From a virus, in the IMG/VR virus record IMGVR_UViG_3300018059_000546: a stretch of DNA of 64,000 bases. The stretch is one strand, 5' to 3'. The stretch's first letter is position 1; every line of letters starts with the position of its first letter. Of this stretch, positions 37,203-45,796 are shown one piece after another. A program made the translations under genes and the position numbers. The notes beneath the pieces were generated by a model. It did not search any database. It saw only the letters and a program-made list of their open reading frames with translations, and was not told the DNA's origin.

Positions 37203-39625
37203 CTTACAACCGTCATCAAATTAGACTTGACCTCTGCGCCGAGTTGATAATCGCTAAACACCGGAACTATGACGAATGCTAATTCTCCAATATCGTCGTC
37301 TGATATTTTTTTGACGTACTGGAACGTTCTATTTCCTGAGAGGGCATGAGATTTTCCAATCATCGATCTCATGCCTTGAAACTCCTTCATGACTATAAAA
37401 TGATCGATATCATCTAATGATCCGTCGTACTTCCAACGTACCACAATGAAATTGTCGAAAATCGTCTCTGCTTTTGCATCTGAAGCACTTGAAACAGTCT
37501 TGTCTAAAGATACTTCGACAGAGATGAAGCTTCCAACGTTTCCGAATGCAAAAGGATCTTTAGCATGATTCAATTTCAATGTCTTACTAGTAGTAATAGA
37601 TCCTCGTTCTAACGTAATCGGTTGAAAAAACTTGAATGGATGATACGAGTATTTCTTCTTTGTTGATGGATCAACAGCATCCTTAGAAAATTCTTCAAAG
37701 AGTGTTTCAGGTGATCGAAGTAATGTCGTCACAACGTATCTGTACTGCCTTCCCAGTTTAAGAGGAGATACGGAGTTCACAATGCGCAACTTTTCATCGG
37801 AGAATATTTTTTCTGAAACGATACCAAAGTTTTCTATCACTCCAACAGTAAGATCTTGTCTTTGAATTTCGTAACAGATCAAATCGTTCAACTTGCTACG
37901 TTCTTTTAGAACATCTACAGAAAAAAAGTCTAAAAGACTATTCTGCGACAGAAGTTTCGTCAATGTATTAACATCTGTACTCACAACGTTGGTGTCTAGA
38001 TCAAATGTAACATTAGGATCTGGATCGAGTGTGATAATCAAGTTTTGAACCTTCGTATCCACAACACTATTAGCTGCGGGTATATATTCGACAATGATAT
38101 TTCCAACGATGTTCTTCCTACCATCTTTGAAAAATAACGATACAGCGTATTCGTACACGTGCCGAGTTTTAACTGTAGAGTCGACAATCTGATATTGCGT
38201 TTGCCCGGTATCTACTAAAATTGGGGATGTCGTGATAGCCGTAAATTTCTTATCGAAGATAGTACGATCTTTTCTCACGATGTCGAAAGCTACGGCTTCG
38301 GGAGAAATTTCTCTCACCTCTATTTCAATCCCGTTGTTTGTGATTTTGAATGCGAGAGATGCATGCTTGAATCTGCGATATTTCGCCTTAGATGTCATCA
38401 CTGCATTGGTGAATTCAAAACCCTCTATGCCGGTGGAACTGACAGGAATCGCTCGATAAACTATACTAGATCCTGCTGGAACGTCTACAACAACAACTTT
38501 TTCTCCCTCATGTATATCAAGAGAAATTTGATCTATGTAGAGATATGGTTGCGTTTCACTGGAAACATGAGACACCAGTTTTTGGTACAAGTTCACGAAC
38601 TTTGCTTCTGGATCATTCTGCTGAATTCTAAGAGAACCGTGCAGACTCGCGTCATTTTTGTAGATAGAAATAGTCGGAGGAATCTTGGGGATTTGAAACA
38701 CTTCTACTGCCCTAGAAAGATCTACAAGTTTCTCTGTTTGCTGCTGCATGACCCCAAGCCTATCGAGCACTTCGAAGAATACGAACATCGTCTTGAATGT
38801 TCCATCAGAGTTCTTGATGCTTGAGTACGATAGCGTGAAATCTTTCTGAATGTCTATTTGGTTGTTCAGAGTATTTTGGACGACGAGAATTTTCTGCTGA
38901 TCTGGGAAGCGTTCTGTCGAACTCGTACCCATGTCAGGAGTTCTGATCACGTGTTTATAGAACTCATTCAAGGTCGGAGACAGATCATACTTTTTGTTAT
39001 GAGTTCCTGCGAGGGCTTCTTTAGAATTCAGATGAGGAAGAGATTGATCGATGACAGAAGATGGATCTAACCTCTCTGTAACGAGCATTTTCTTTAGATT
39101 TACCTTGGAATTGAAATCTGCTACTTCCCCCTTTTGTAGAGTTGTCGCATGCAAAATTGGAGCGTAATTACCTGCATCGCTAACCTGTTTCACAGTCTGA
39201 AGAACGTATTTTGTGCTACGAATCTGAACAGCATTGAAAATGTCAGTACGATTTGCTTTGACGGCAGCGATCAACTGATTGTTGACTTTAGATGTAGAGT
39301 CTGCTCTGACTTGTAAAACAGTTGCTTTTTCGATGTTTTTTGCATGCTCTACGCTGTCTCGATACAGGGTAGTGACTGCTCTAGGTACGAGTTCTGGATG
39401 AAGCTGCAGGTTTACGTTTTTGATAGGGTCTGACTTCTGCGGATTTTTCGTCGAAAAAGTGATACGAACTATAGAGCCAGCATTCTGGATATCCTGGATA
39501 AGCTTCACCTGGTTCACGGTGTATTTGACTGTTCCTTTGATCATATCATCAGTCACTGCTGAAATATTCATGAATGAATCTCCTACAATGATGATATCTT
39601 TCCTTTTTTTGACAGTGATATACAT
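37199..39625 (-). CDS. Large putative virion protein with repeated beta-sandwich domains
   Basis: Repeated D...Y-x-Y patterns: DSTVKTRHVYEYAV, LKLGRQYRYVV, IVYRAIPV. Confidence 0.65.
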   Translation of the reverse strand: MYITVKKRKDIIIVGDSFMNISAVTDDMIKGTVKYTVNQVKLIQDIQNAGSIVRITFSTKNPQKSDPIKNVNLQLHPELVPRAVTTLYRDSVEHAKNIEKATVLQVRADSTSKVNNQLIAAVKANRTDIFNAVQIRSTKYVLQTVKQVSDAGNYAPILHATTLQKGEVADFNSKVNLKKMLVTERLDPSSVIDQSLPHLNSKEALAGTHNKKYDLSPTLNEFYKHVIRTPDMGTSSTERFPDQQKILVVQNTLNNQIDIQKDFTLSYSSIKNSDGTFKTMFVFFEVLDRLGVMQQQTEKLVDLSRAVEVFQIPKIPPTISIYKNDASLHGSLRIQQNDPEAKFVNLYQKLVSHVSSETQPYLYIDQISLDIHEGEKVVVVDVPAGSSIVYRAIPVSSTGIEGFEFTNAVMTSKAKYRRFKHASLAFKITNNGIEIEVREISPEAVAFDIVRKDRTIFDKKFTAITTSPILVDTGQTQYQIVDSTVKTRHVYEYAVSLFFKDGRKNIVGNIIVEYIPAANSVVDTKVQNLIITLDPDPNVTFDLDTNVVSTDVNTLTKLLSQNSLLDFFSVDVLKERSKLNDLICYEIQRQDLTVGVIENFGIVSEKIFSDEKLRIVNSVSPLKLGRQYRYVVTTLLRSPETLFEEFSKDAVDPSTKKKYSYHPFKFFQPITLERGSITTSKTLKLNHAKDPFAFGNVGSFISVEVSLDKTVSSASDAKAETIFDNFIVVRWKYDGSLDDIDHFIVMKEFQGMRSMIGKSHALSGNRTFQYVKKISDDDIGELAFVIVPVFSDYQLGAEVKSNLMTVVR

Positions 39626-39627
39626 GT

Positions 39628-40590
39628 TTACTCGAAGTACATCGTGAACAAATTCACGAACGTATGTGAACCGTTACCGTCGACGTAGACCTTGCCTGCA
39701 AAGAACATTCTCTGCGTGGTTCCATCGTTTTTCAACCTAACTAACCCAAAGTCGATGATATCTAACTTTTTTACCTGATTGTTGGACAGCTCGAAGAGCT
39801 GACAATGAAGATTGTTCGTATTGCTTGTTGGATCGAATTTGATTTCTTTAACGTTTCCTTGAAGTTCTAAAGATTTTAGGTTCGCGTATATCTTTTTTTC
39901 GATGTCGTGTTGTTCACCTGCTGAAGATATTCTTGGATAGTTTCCCAGCCTGTGAGCGTCCAAGAACTGTTTATTGTCGAAATCTATGGTCGTACTGTCA
40001 CGAGGTTTGTTTATAGGAGGTAAGTACTGGAAGTTTGGTAGATGGACCATTCTTTCATCCTGAAACAGACTATCTAACGTGGTGATATTAGCAGCATACG
40101 TCGTATCAGATTGGATCGGATTTTTATCTGTCACGAGAAATCGAATGAAATTCTGACCAAGGCCGAATTTTTCATGTTCGAATAGCGTGTCTATAGTACC
40201 GATCAAAAAATTGTTTTGGAATGCACTTAGAGAAGAACTCAGAAGTATGTTCGCCGAGGTGACGAAATCATCTCCTGTTACAAATACGCCAGATCCTGTG
40301 AGAATCAACCCATTCGCAATAGGGATTTTTGTGTTTTTCAGCGGGTTGAGATGACCTCCATCGTCAGATTCGAATGTGATCTGATCGTATGGAGAGGACG
40401 CACATTCGAGAAACAGTCTGTTCGAAGGATCGGACGAACCGCTCAGAATGTCGAGCTCATAAAAAGTTGTAGAATCACTGAAACTAGCATACTCTATCTT
40501 GACACCTCGACCGGTAGCAATTTGCCTTCGACCTTCTTCTGTAAGAAGAACATCCATGATTCTTGATTTAGGATCTAATATTCCGCTCAT
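39628..40590 (-). CDS. Virion structural protein, paralog of 29923..30639
   Basis: MSGILDPKSRIMDVLLTEEGRRQIA...IEYASFSD. Confidence 0.65.
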   Translation of the reverse strand: MSGILDPKSRIMDVLLTEEGRRQIATGRGVKIEYASFSDSTTFYELDILSGSSDPSNRLFLECASSPYDQITFESDDGGHLNPLKNTKIPIANGLILTGSGVFVTGDDFVTSANILLSSSLSAFQNNFLIGTIDTLFEHEKFGLGQNFIRFLVTDKNPIQSDTTYAANITTLDSLFQDERMVHLPNFQYLPPINKPRDSTTIDFDNKQFLDAHRLGNYPRISSAGEQHDIEKKIYANLKSLELQGNVKEIKFDPTSNTNNLHCQLFELSNNQVKKLDIIDFGLVRLKNDGTTQRMFFAGKVYVDGNGSHTFVNLFTMYFE

Positions 40591-40591
40591 T

Positions 40592-41716
40592 TTATGGTGT
40601 TCCAAAGCGTTGTTGGGCCCATCCGGTTAGGTTAGCCAGATCTCCAACCGAAATGACAGTTGCACCAAGTGTGATGATGGCACCGATGTCGCCATCAAAC
40701 CCATCGACATTCCCGTAACCATCACCGATGTGGTCCCAGTATGCGGCGGCAACGCCACCTAAAGCAGACGGAGAACCAACCTCAGCTCCATCTTTGTAAC
40801 CTTTGCGAGTTGGTGTTGCATCGCTTGTCATACCGACGAGATGAGAATTTCCGTCGTTGCAATTCGTTCCCCACGATTCTTCAGCAACATCAAACGATTT
40901 ATACGCAATCGCACCCGCTGACATGCCGAAATCAGACCACCCAGACCCACCAAGAATCGTTAGTGATGGGTTGAGTACCGTGTCAGTCGCCGTAGCATCA
41001 GAGCTCGTATACTTCACGATAGCGAACATAGAAAACGGTGTGATCGCTGATTCTCCTGAACCGGCTACCCATTGTTCAGGTGTAAATTTGATAGATGGGC
41101 AACCCGTGCCAAAGACGTCAGCTGTCTGAATAGGTCTGTTAGCGCCGACGGCTTGGACTTGCGTGTCAGCATTGACTGTTTGGTCGACCCATTGGCTGAC
41201 AGCGCCGGCTCCTGCATCGGTGACACTTTTATTGGAGTCGAAGTAACGTGTGATACCAGTGATTTGTAACGGGCTCCAATATTCGATCAGACCGGTTCCA
41301 CCGGTGCTAGTACCCGTCGCATTTGTGACAATAACATCGACAACGCCAGCTGCATGTGCACCTGGAATACCAGACACATGCGTTGCGTTGTCGATAGCGA
41401 AAGATGTGAAAGCGACCCCGCCAGCAGAGATAGCAGTACATCCTGTCGAACTATCAACAGTAACGACTACACGTTGGCCACCTCCTGCAATATCAATACG
41501 CGGATAATTAACAGCTGAAACTACAGGAACGCTTCCTACACTTTCCTCAACAACTGGAATTATAAAGACTGATCCTCCTAAACGAGTAGAATAGTACGTT
41601 CGTCTCATCCTAGTAGCGTCGACAGTCCCTCCCCCTCCTTGACCATCTGTGACAATGATTGGTCTTTGGATGAAAAAGGAGTAGTTCTTTTTAACTCTTC
41701 GATAATCTCTACTCAT
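40592..41716 (-). CDS. Putative fibre/decoration protein with IPT/TIG and LamG-like domains
   Basis: PVVSAV-x-x-P...GG...AGVVDVIVTN (IPT), then VSQWVDQT...Q...RP and a beta-sandwich region. Confidence 0.6.
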   Translation of the reverse strand: MSRDYRRVKKNYSFFIQRPIIVTDGQGGGGTVDATRMRRTYYSTRLGGSVFIIPVVEESVGSVPVVSAVNYPRIDIAGGGQRVVVTVDSSTGCTAISAGGVAFTSFAIDNATHVSGIPGAHAAGVVDVIVTNATGTSTGGTGLIEYWSPLQITGITRYFDSNKSVTDAGAGAVSQWVDQTVNADTQVQAVGANRPIQTADVFGTGCPSIKFTPEQWVAGSGESAITPFSMFAIVKYTSSDATATDTVLNPSLTILGGSGWSDFGMSAGAIAYKSFDVAEESWGTNCNDGNSHLVGMTSDATPTRKGYKDGAEVGSPSALGGVAAAYWDHIGDGYGNVDGFDGDIGAIITLGATVISVGDLANLTGWAQQRFGTP

Positions 41717-41775
41717 AGTCGACGGTTCTACATAAGTAATCGAGCCTTATCGTCTACAGGCTTCGATTCTCATGT

Positions 41776-43206
41776 TTACAGGATCTGGCTTGCCAGGGTG
41801 GCAAGTGGACTTCTCTCTCCCTTAATGAGAGTAATGTGGCCCGCGATGCCGTGGTCTTTGAACTTCTCGACGGCACATGTGAGTCCATTCGTGAAGGCAT
41901 CCACATGGATGTTATCGATCTGATCGATGTCTCCAAGAAGGATGATCTTAGTATTGTCGCCCACACGAGTGATAATCGTCTTAAGTTCGTGCATGCTGAG
42001 GTTTTGGGCTTCGTCGATGATCATGAACGTATTCGGAATGGACCTGCCACGAAGGTATGTGATAGCTTCCACTTCGATCTTTCCATCGTTGATAAGCTTA
42101 TCGACGTATGGATCACGCTTGAATTCATGGATAAGACCATCTTTTTTGATCTTCCTATGGGCAAAAAGGAACATCAGATTGTCCTTGATGGGTGCAATCC
42201 AAGGATCCATCTTCTCTTCTTTCGTTCCTGGAAGGAATCCGATGTCTTTACCAACAGGCTGCACAGGCTTTGTTACGATGATTCTCTCGTACTTTCCCTC
42301 TTCGAGAACCTTTTTAAGTCCCGCAGACAAAGCTAGCAATGTTTTTCCGACACCCGATGAACCAATCAAGGTGACAAGTTTGATATCGTCGTCCATGAGG
42401 AGGTTCAATGAGAACACCTGTTCCTTGTTTCTGGGTTTCAGCCCAAAAACGTCCTTGTGATCGAAAAGCTTTTCGATAGGTTGACCTTCTTCGACGAAAC
42501 GTCCGATTGCAGCTGGAGAATCAGGATTGCTCTTCATGATGACAATTTCGTTCGGATGTAGTCCTTCTCCGTCCAGATACACATTTCTTGACTCGTACCA
42601 GTCGGCGAGGACAAGATCCTCTACTATGAGAGTCTTCACTCCCTTGTAGAGTTCTGATGTGTCGTCGGCGATACGCATGTGAAAGTAGTCTTGGCACTTG
42701 ATCCCGAGAGAGTCGCACTTTATTCGAACATTGATATCCTTAGAAATGAGGATGCAACGCTCTGAACCATTTTCTAAAGCATCGGATATAAGTTTCGCTT
42801 GTGCGATGATGACGTTATCGACTTTCGACTGGTCTTTCAGCTCTGCTGGTAGAAGCAAGTGGCTGTGAGGAGGAATGGGAAGCACAAAGAGCTTCCCACC
42901 GGTGGGCAAGACTACTCCTTCGGACAGATTTCCAAGCTCTCTCAATTCATCTAAACGACGGCTGGTGGCGCGGGCATTTCGACCGATTTCATCCTGTCGC
43001 TTCTTTTGCCGATCGAGTTCTTCAAGAGCAACAAGAGGTACAACAACATCGTTATCCTGAAATGCGTGCAAGCAATCTGAATCGCTCAGCATAATGTTCG
43101 TATCAAGGATGAACACCTTTGTCTTTGGAGGTGCACTCACCATACGTTTTATCTTACCAGCGGGTTTTGACTGCTTCGTATGTCGAACCGATGTTTTTCT
43201 GCTCAT
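41776..43206 (-). CDS. phoH: PIN-domain PhoH-family ATPase
   Basis: ILDTNI...LEELD (PIN), GSSGVGKT, RGRS, IDEAQN, GDIDQID, ERSPLA. Confidence 0.92.
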   Translation of the reverse strand: MSRKTSVRHTKQSKPAGKIKRMVSAPPKTKVFILDTNIMLSDSDCLHAFQDNDVVVPLVALEELDRQKKRQDEIGRNARATSRRLDELRELGNLSEGVVLPTGGKLFVLPIPPHSHLLLPAELKDQSKVDNVIIAQAKLISDALENGSERCILISKDINVRIKCDSLGIKCQDYFHMRIADDTSELYKGVKTLIVEDLVLADWYESRNVYLDGEGLHPNEIVIMKSNPDSPAAIGRFVEEGQPIEKLFDHKDVFGLKPRNKEQVFSLNLLMDDDIKLVTLIGSSGVGKTLLALSAGLKKVLEEGKYERIIVTKPVQPVGKDIGFLPGTKEEKMDPWIAPIKDNLMFLFAHRKIKKDGLIHEFKRDPYVDKLINDGKIEVEAITYLRGRSIPNTFMIIDEAQNLSMHELKTIITRVGDNTKIILLGDIDQIDNIHVDAFTNGLTCAVEKFKDHGIAGHITLIKGERSPLATLASQIL

Positions 43207-43222
43207 GGTCTACTAACTCAAT

Positions 43223-43251
43223 CTACACAACGAAAAACTCGAAATTAAAAT
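43223..43251 (+). promoter_or_regulatory. Putative promoter CTACAC-N17-TAAAAT
   Basis: The -10 element ends 6 nt before ATG 43258. The same architecture occurs at 48475-48503 (+) and 5761-5732 (-). Confidence 0.4.
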
Positions 43252-43257
43252 CTTCTT

Positions 43258-43527
43258 ATGGATAAGCGTCATTTAAAAGTGGTGGCAGGGCAATCCTGCT
43301 TTTCGTTCTACAGAACGAATGCAGTCGAATGCCAGAAGAAATCCTGCCGCAACTGGATGCAATCAGGTGAACACATGAACTGTGCCATCATTGCTGCATC
43401 GAGTGGAAAAATGACGCTTCACGAAATCGGAAAAATCTTCGGACTCACGAGGATGAGAATTTGCCAGATAGAAAAAAGAGCCCTTCAAAAGATCAAACAG
43501 GCTTTGGGGTCTTATCTGTTTTCTTAG
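43258..43527 (+). CDS. Small Cys-rich protein with sigma-70 region 4 HTH
   Basis: MTLHEIGKIFGLTRMRICQIEKRALQKI, preceded by four Cys residues. Confidence 0.8.
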   Translation: MDKRHLKVVAGQSCFSFYRTNAVECQKKSCRNWMQSGEHMNCAIIAASSGKMTLHEIGKIFGLTRMRICQIEKRALQKIKQALGSYLFS

Positions 43528-43807
43528 CTTCAACGGGTTTTGCCGGAGAAGGCTTGACTACGGATTTTTGAATTTTCTTCAGAGTGATCTCAGGAAATTC
43601 TTCTGGTTGATTTTCATCACCCTCCGTAAGAACATCCTTTTTGTCATTTACTAAAAGGTGTTCTTTCATGTCCGCGATGGACAAAACTGATGCACCTGAA
43701 GGTTCATGAGCTTTGATCAGATGGCCCTGCTTGCTAAGACGCGAATGCGCAATTCTAGGGTCAAGTCCAGCATCAATTACATCGATAAGGGGTCTATGGA
43801 TAGCCAT
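43493..43807 (-). CDS. Hypothetical protein
   Basis: AGGAG Shine-Dalgarno and TACTTA upstream; Lys/Pro-rich tail. Confidence 0.65.
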   Translation of the reverse strand: MAIHRPLIDVIDAGLDPRIAHSRLSKQGHLIKAHEPSGASVLSIADMKEHLLVNDKKDVLTEGDENQPEEFPEITLKKIQKSVVKPSPAKPVEAKKTDKTPKPV

Positions 43808-43833
43808 TTGCTCAGTTTTCTCCTAGAATAAGT

Positions 43834-43866
43834 AAGGGCGAGCCATCAGAAGATGTGCTCGCCCTT
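43834..43866. terminator. Terminator-like hairpin
   Basis: AAGGGCGAGC...GCTCGCCCTT inverted repeat downstream of 43894..44118. Confidence 0.6.
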
Positions 43867-43893
43867 TCAAGAGACATAGATCTTAGATAGAGA

Positions 43894-44118
43894 TTACGTC
43901 TTTTTAGCCTCTCGGGAAGCCTTTCGTTCAGTCTTTTTCTCCTGGTCTTCCTGCTTCAGAACCTTGACAAGACCACTGACTTTATTTCGAAGCATACGAA
44001 GGCCTCGACGTGCTCGAACTCCTGCAGATACGTTGCCCTCGGCATTTTTCAGAACATCAAGTTCGACAGCAAGAACAGTAGCTTTAAGATCATCCCACAA
44101 AATTTTCACGTCACTCAT
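43894..44118 (-). CDS. Histone H1-like (Hc1 family) small basic protein
   Basis: D...GNVSAGVRARRGL motif, basic tail, GGAGG Shine-Dalgarno. Confidence 0.7.
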   Translation of the reverse strand: MSDVKILWDDLKATVLAVELDVLKNAEGNVSAGVRARRGLRMLRNKVSGLVKVLKQEDQEKKTERKASREAKKT

Positions 44119-44168
44119 CGTTATCCTCCAAGATAGCTAGGCTAATTTTATCATCTTTTTGGTCACTT

Positions 44169-44765
44169 TTAACCAATAATTTTGTCGACGATGCCCATTT
44201 TTACGGCATCTTCAGGTGTTAGAAACGTATCGTGACCTGCTTTCATCAACGATTCTAACTGTTTAGCTGTCATTTTAGTTTCAGCTAAGAGAGCATCTTC
44301 CATCATCTTCTGTGAACGAAGGCTCTCTTTTAGTTCATTCGTCAGCTGAAAAATGTCTCCTTCAATAGCATCTGACATCGGATGGATCATCACACGAGCA
44401 TGCTTTCCGATCATTCTTCCTCCCTTGAGACCACTCGCAAGGATCAAAACACCTGCAGACATGACCTTACCAAGCCCAACTGTATAGATAGGGCATGGTA
44501 CAAACTTCATGATATCGTACAGAGCGAACATGTCGTCGACTGAACCACCTTCAGTGCTAATGATGAGAGTAATTGGATCTACTTTGTTTTGGTTGACGCA
44601 CAGAATGATTTCAGATATTGTCGTGGCAATCGATTCTTCTGTCACTTCTCCCGTAAGATACAGAACCCGGCCTAAAGGATGGGGATCTGCCTCGAGCGCT
44701 GCTTTCGCAATGTCTTTCTTTGTGACTGTCTTTCTAATGCTCTTTCTGCGCTTTTTGACTGCCAT
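44169..44765 (-). CDS. clpP: ClpP-family protease subunit
   Basis: STEGGSV, VMSAG (Ser), VMIHP (His), HDTFLTPEDAVKMGIVDKII (Asp). Confidence 0.9.
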   Translation of the reverse strand: MAVKKRRKSIRKTVTKKDIAKAALEADPHPLGRVLYLTGEVTEESIATTISEIILCVNQNKVDPITLIISTEGGSVDDMFALYDIMKFVPCPIYTVGLGKVMSAGVLILASGLKGGRMIGKHARVMIHPMSDAIEGDIFQLTNELKESLRSQKMMEDALLAETKMTAKQLESLMKAGHDTFLTPEDAVKMGIVDKIIG

Positions 44766-44786
44766 GACTTCATTGAACCTTTTCCT

Positions 44787-45017
44787 CTATTGAACCTTTT
44801 CCTCTATAATATCAATGAAAAGGAACTTTTTTTCACGAAGGTATTCACGAAGAAGACTTGTGAGTTCCTGCATCTTTTCATGGTCTTCTAGTTCATATGA
44901 CATGAGTTGCATGATCAAAAGTAGCTGATCTTGTGTTACTCCGAAGTTCACAATTTCCTTGACAATGCCTCGACACTTTTCGATGTCGATAGATCGACCA
45001 ACGTTTTCAGCTTCCAT
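44787..45017 (-). CDS. Hypothetical protein
   Basis: 76 aa; TAATG coupling to the upstream gene. Confidence 0.65.
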   Translation of the reverse strand: MEAENVGRSIDIEKCRGIVKEIVNFGVTQDQLLLIMQLMSYELEDHEKMQELTSLLREYLREKKFLFIDIIEEKVQ

Positions 45018-45481
45018 TAGCCAACCTCATCTCCTACGAATTTTCCTTCAATACTGAACAAAGAAGTTCCAAGAATCTTCATGATTTTGACGATCTTACC
45101 TCCTTTGACCTTTTCCTGCTCTAACTGGACGAAAGATCCCCATTGGGCATTTTCGACAATCCACTTAGATTGCTCCCAAACAGACATATCGACATCATGT
45201 TTCTCAAGAATTGCGATCAAAGGTTCAGAAAGAGATACTTTTACGTCTTCTAAACTCACTAGAGCTCTTGAATCATCCCGATTAAGCAATTCTGATTTAC
45301 AGATGTCGATTATTTTGTGGATAATCCCACAGTTCGGGCAAGAAACGAGCTTAACTTGCACGTTTCCATCCACAAGTTCAGAAAACACAACAAATTCATA
45401 AGCAGGTGGATCTGTCATCCGCTTGAATTGCGTAAGAATGCAACGGCACGTAATGAGATGTCTTGCGCAAGACTTCTCCAT
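45017..45481 (-). CDS. Hypothetical Cys/His-rich protein
   Basis: HLITCRC...CPNCGIIH...C. Confidence 0.7.
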   Translation of the reverse strand: MEKSCARHLITCRCILTQFKRMTDPPAYEFVVFSELVDGNVQVKLVSCPNCGIIHKIIDICKSELLNRDDSRALVSLEDVKVSLSEPLIAILEKHDVDMSVWEQSKWIVENAQWGSFVQLEQEKVKGGKIVKIMKILGTSLFSIEGKFVGDEVG

Positions 45482-45487
45482 GTGAAA

Positions 45488-45754
45488 TTACTTCGTCTTC
45501 GAACTTTTAGAGTCGATTTCTTTTGACACCATCTCTGCCAGCTGATTCTCAAAATTCCGGCTAGAATTGAGGCTGACCTGCTCACAGGTGCTGTTTACGA
45601 TGTAAACAAGCTTCTGGAGATCTTCTTGAGTGATCTTGATGTCGTTATTTCTTGCAGCTGCAACAAGATTCTGCGTCGTCAACGTCTTACAAACCTCGGT
45701 AACGTCCCACAGCATCTTCACAACTTTCTTCGGTATCTCAGTCTTCATAGACAT
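45488..45754 (-). CDS. Hypothetical protein
   Basis: AGGAG Shine-Dalgarno; extended -10 upstream. Confidence 0.65.
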   Translation of the reverse strand: MSMKTEIPKKVVKMLWDVTEVCKTLTTQNLVAAARNNDIKITQEDLQKLVYIVNSTCEQVSLNSSRNFENQLAEMVSKEIDSKSSKTK

Positions 45755-45767
45755 CTCCTATCAGGCG

Positions 45768-45776
45768 ATTATACCA
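45768..45776 (-). promoter_or_regulatory. Extended -10 sigma70-type promoter TGGTATAAT
   Basis: Perfect TG-N-TATAAT upstream of the 45754-to-clpP gene run. Confidence 0.5.
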
Positions 45777-45796
45777 TAGTTATGGATCGAAAGCAC

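Noticed and set aside
44772-44807. 17-nt tandem duplication (ATTGAACCTTTTCCTCT) upstream of clpP
   Set aside because: Real, but it leaves the upstream protein end unchanged (IEEKVQ*) and has only two copies; probably slippage.
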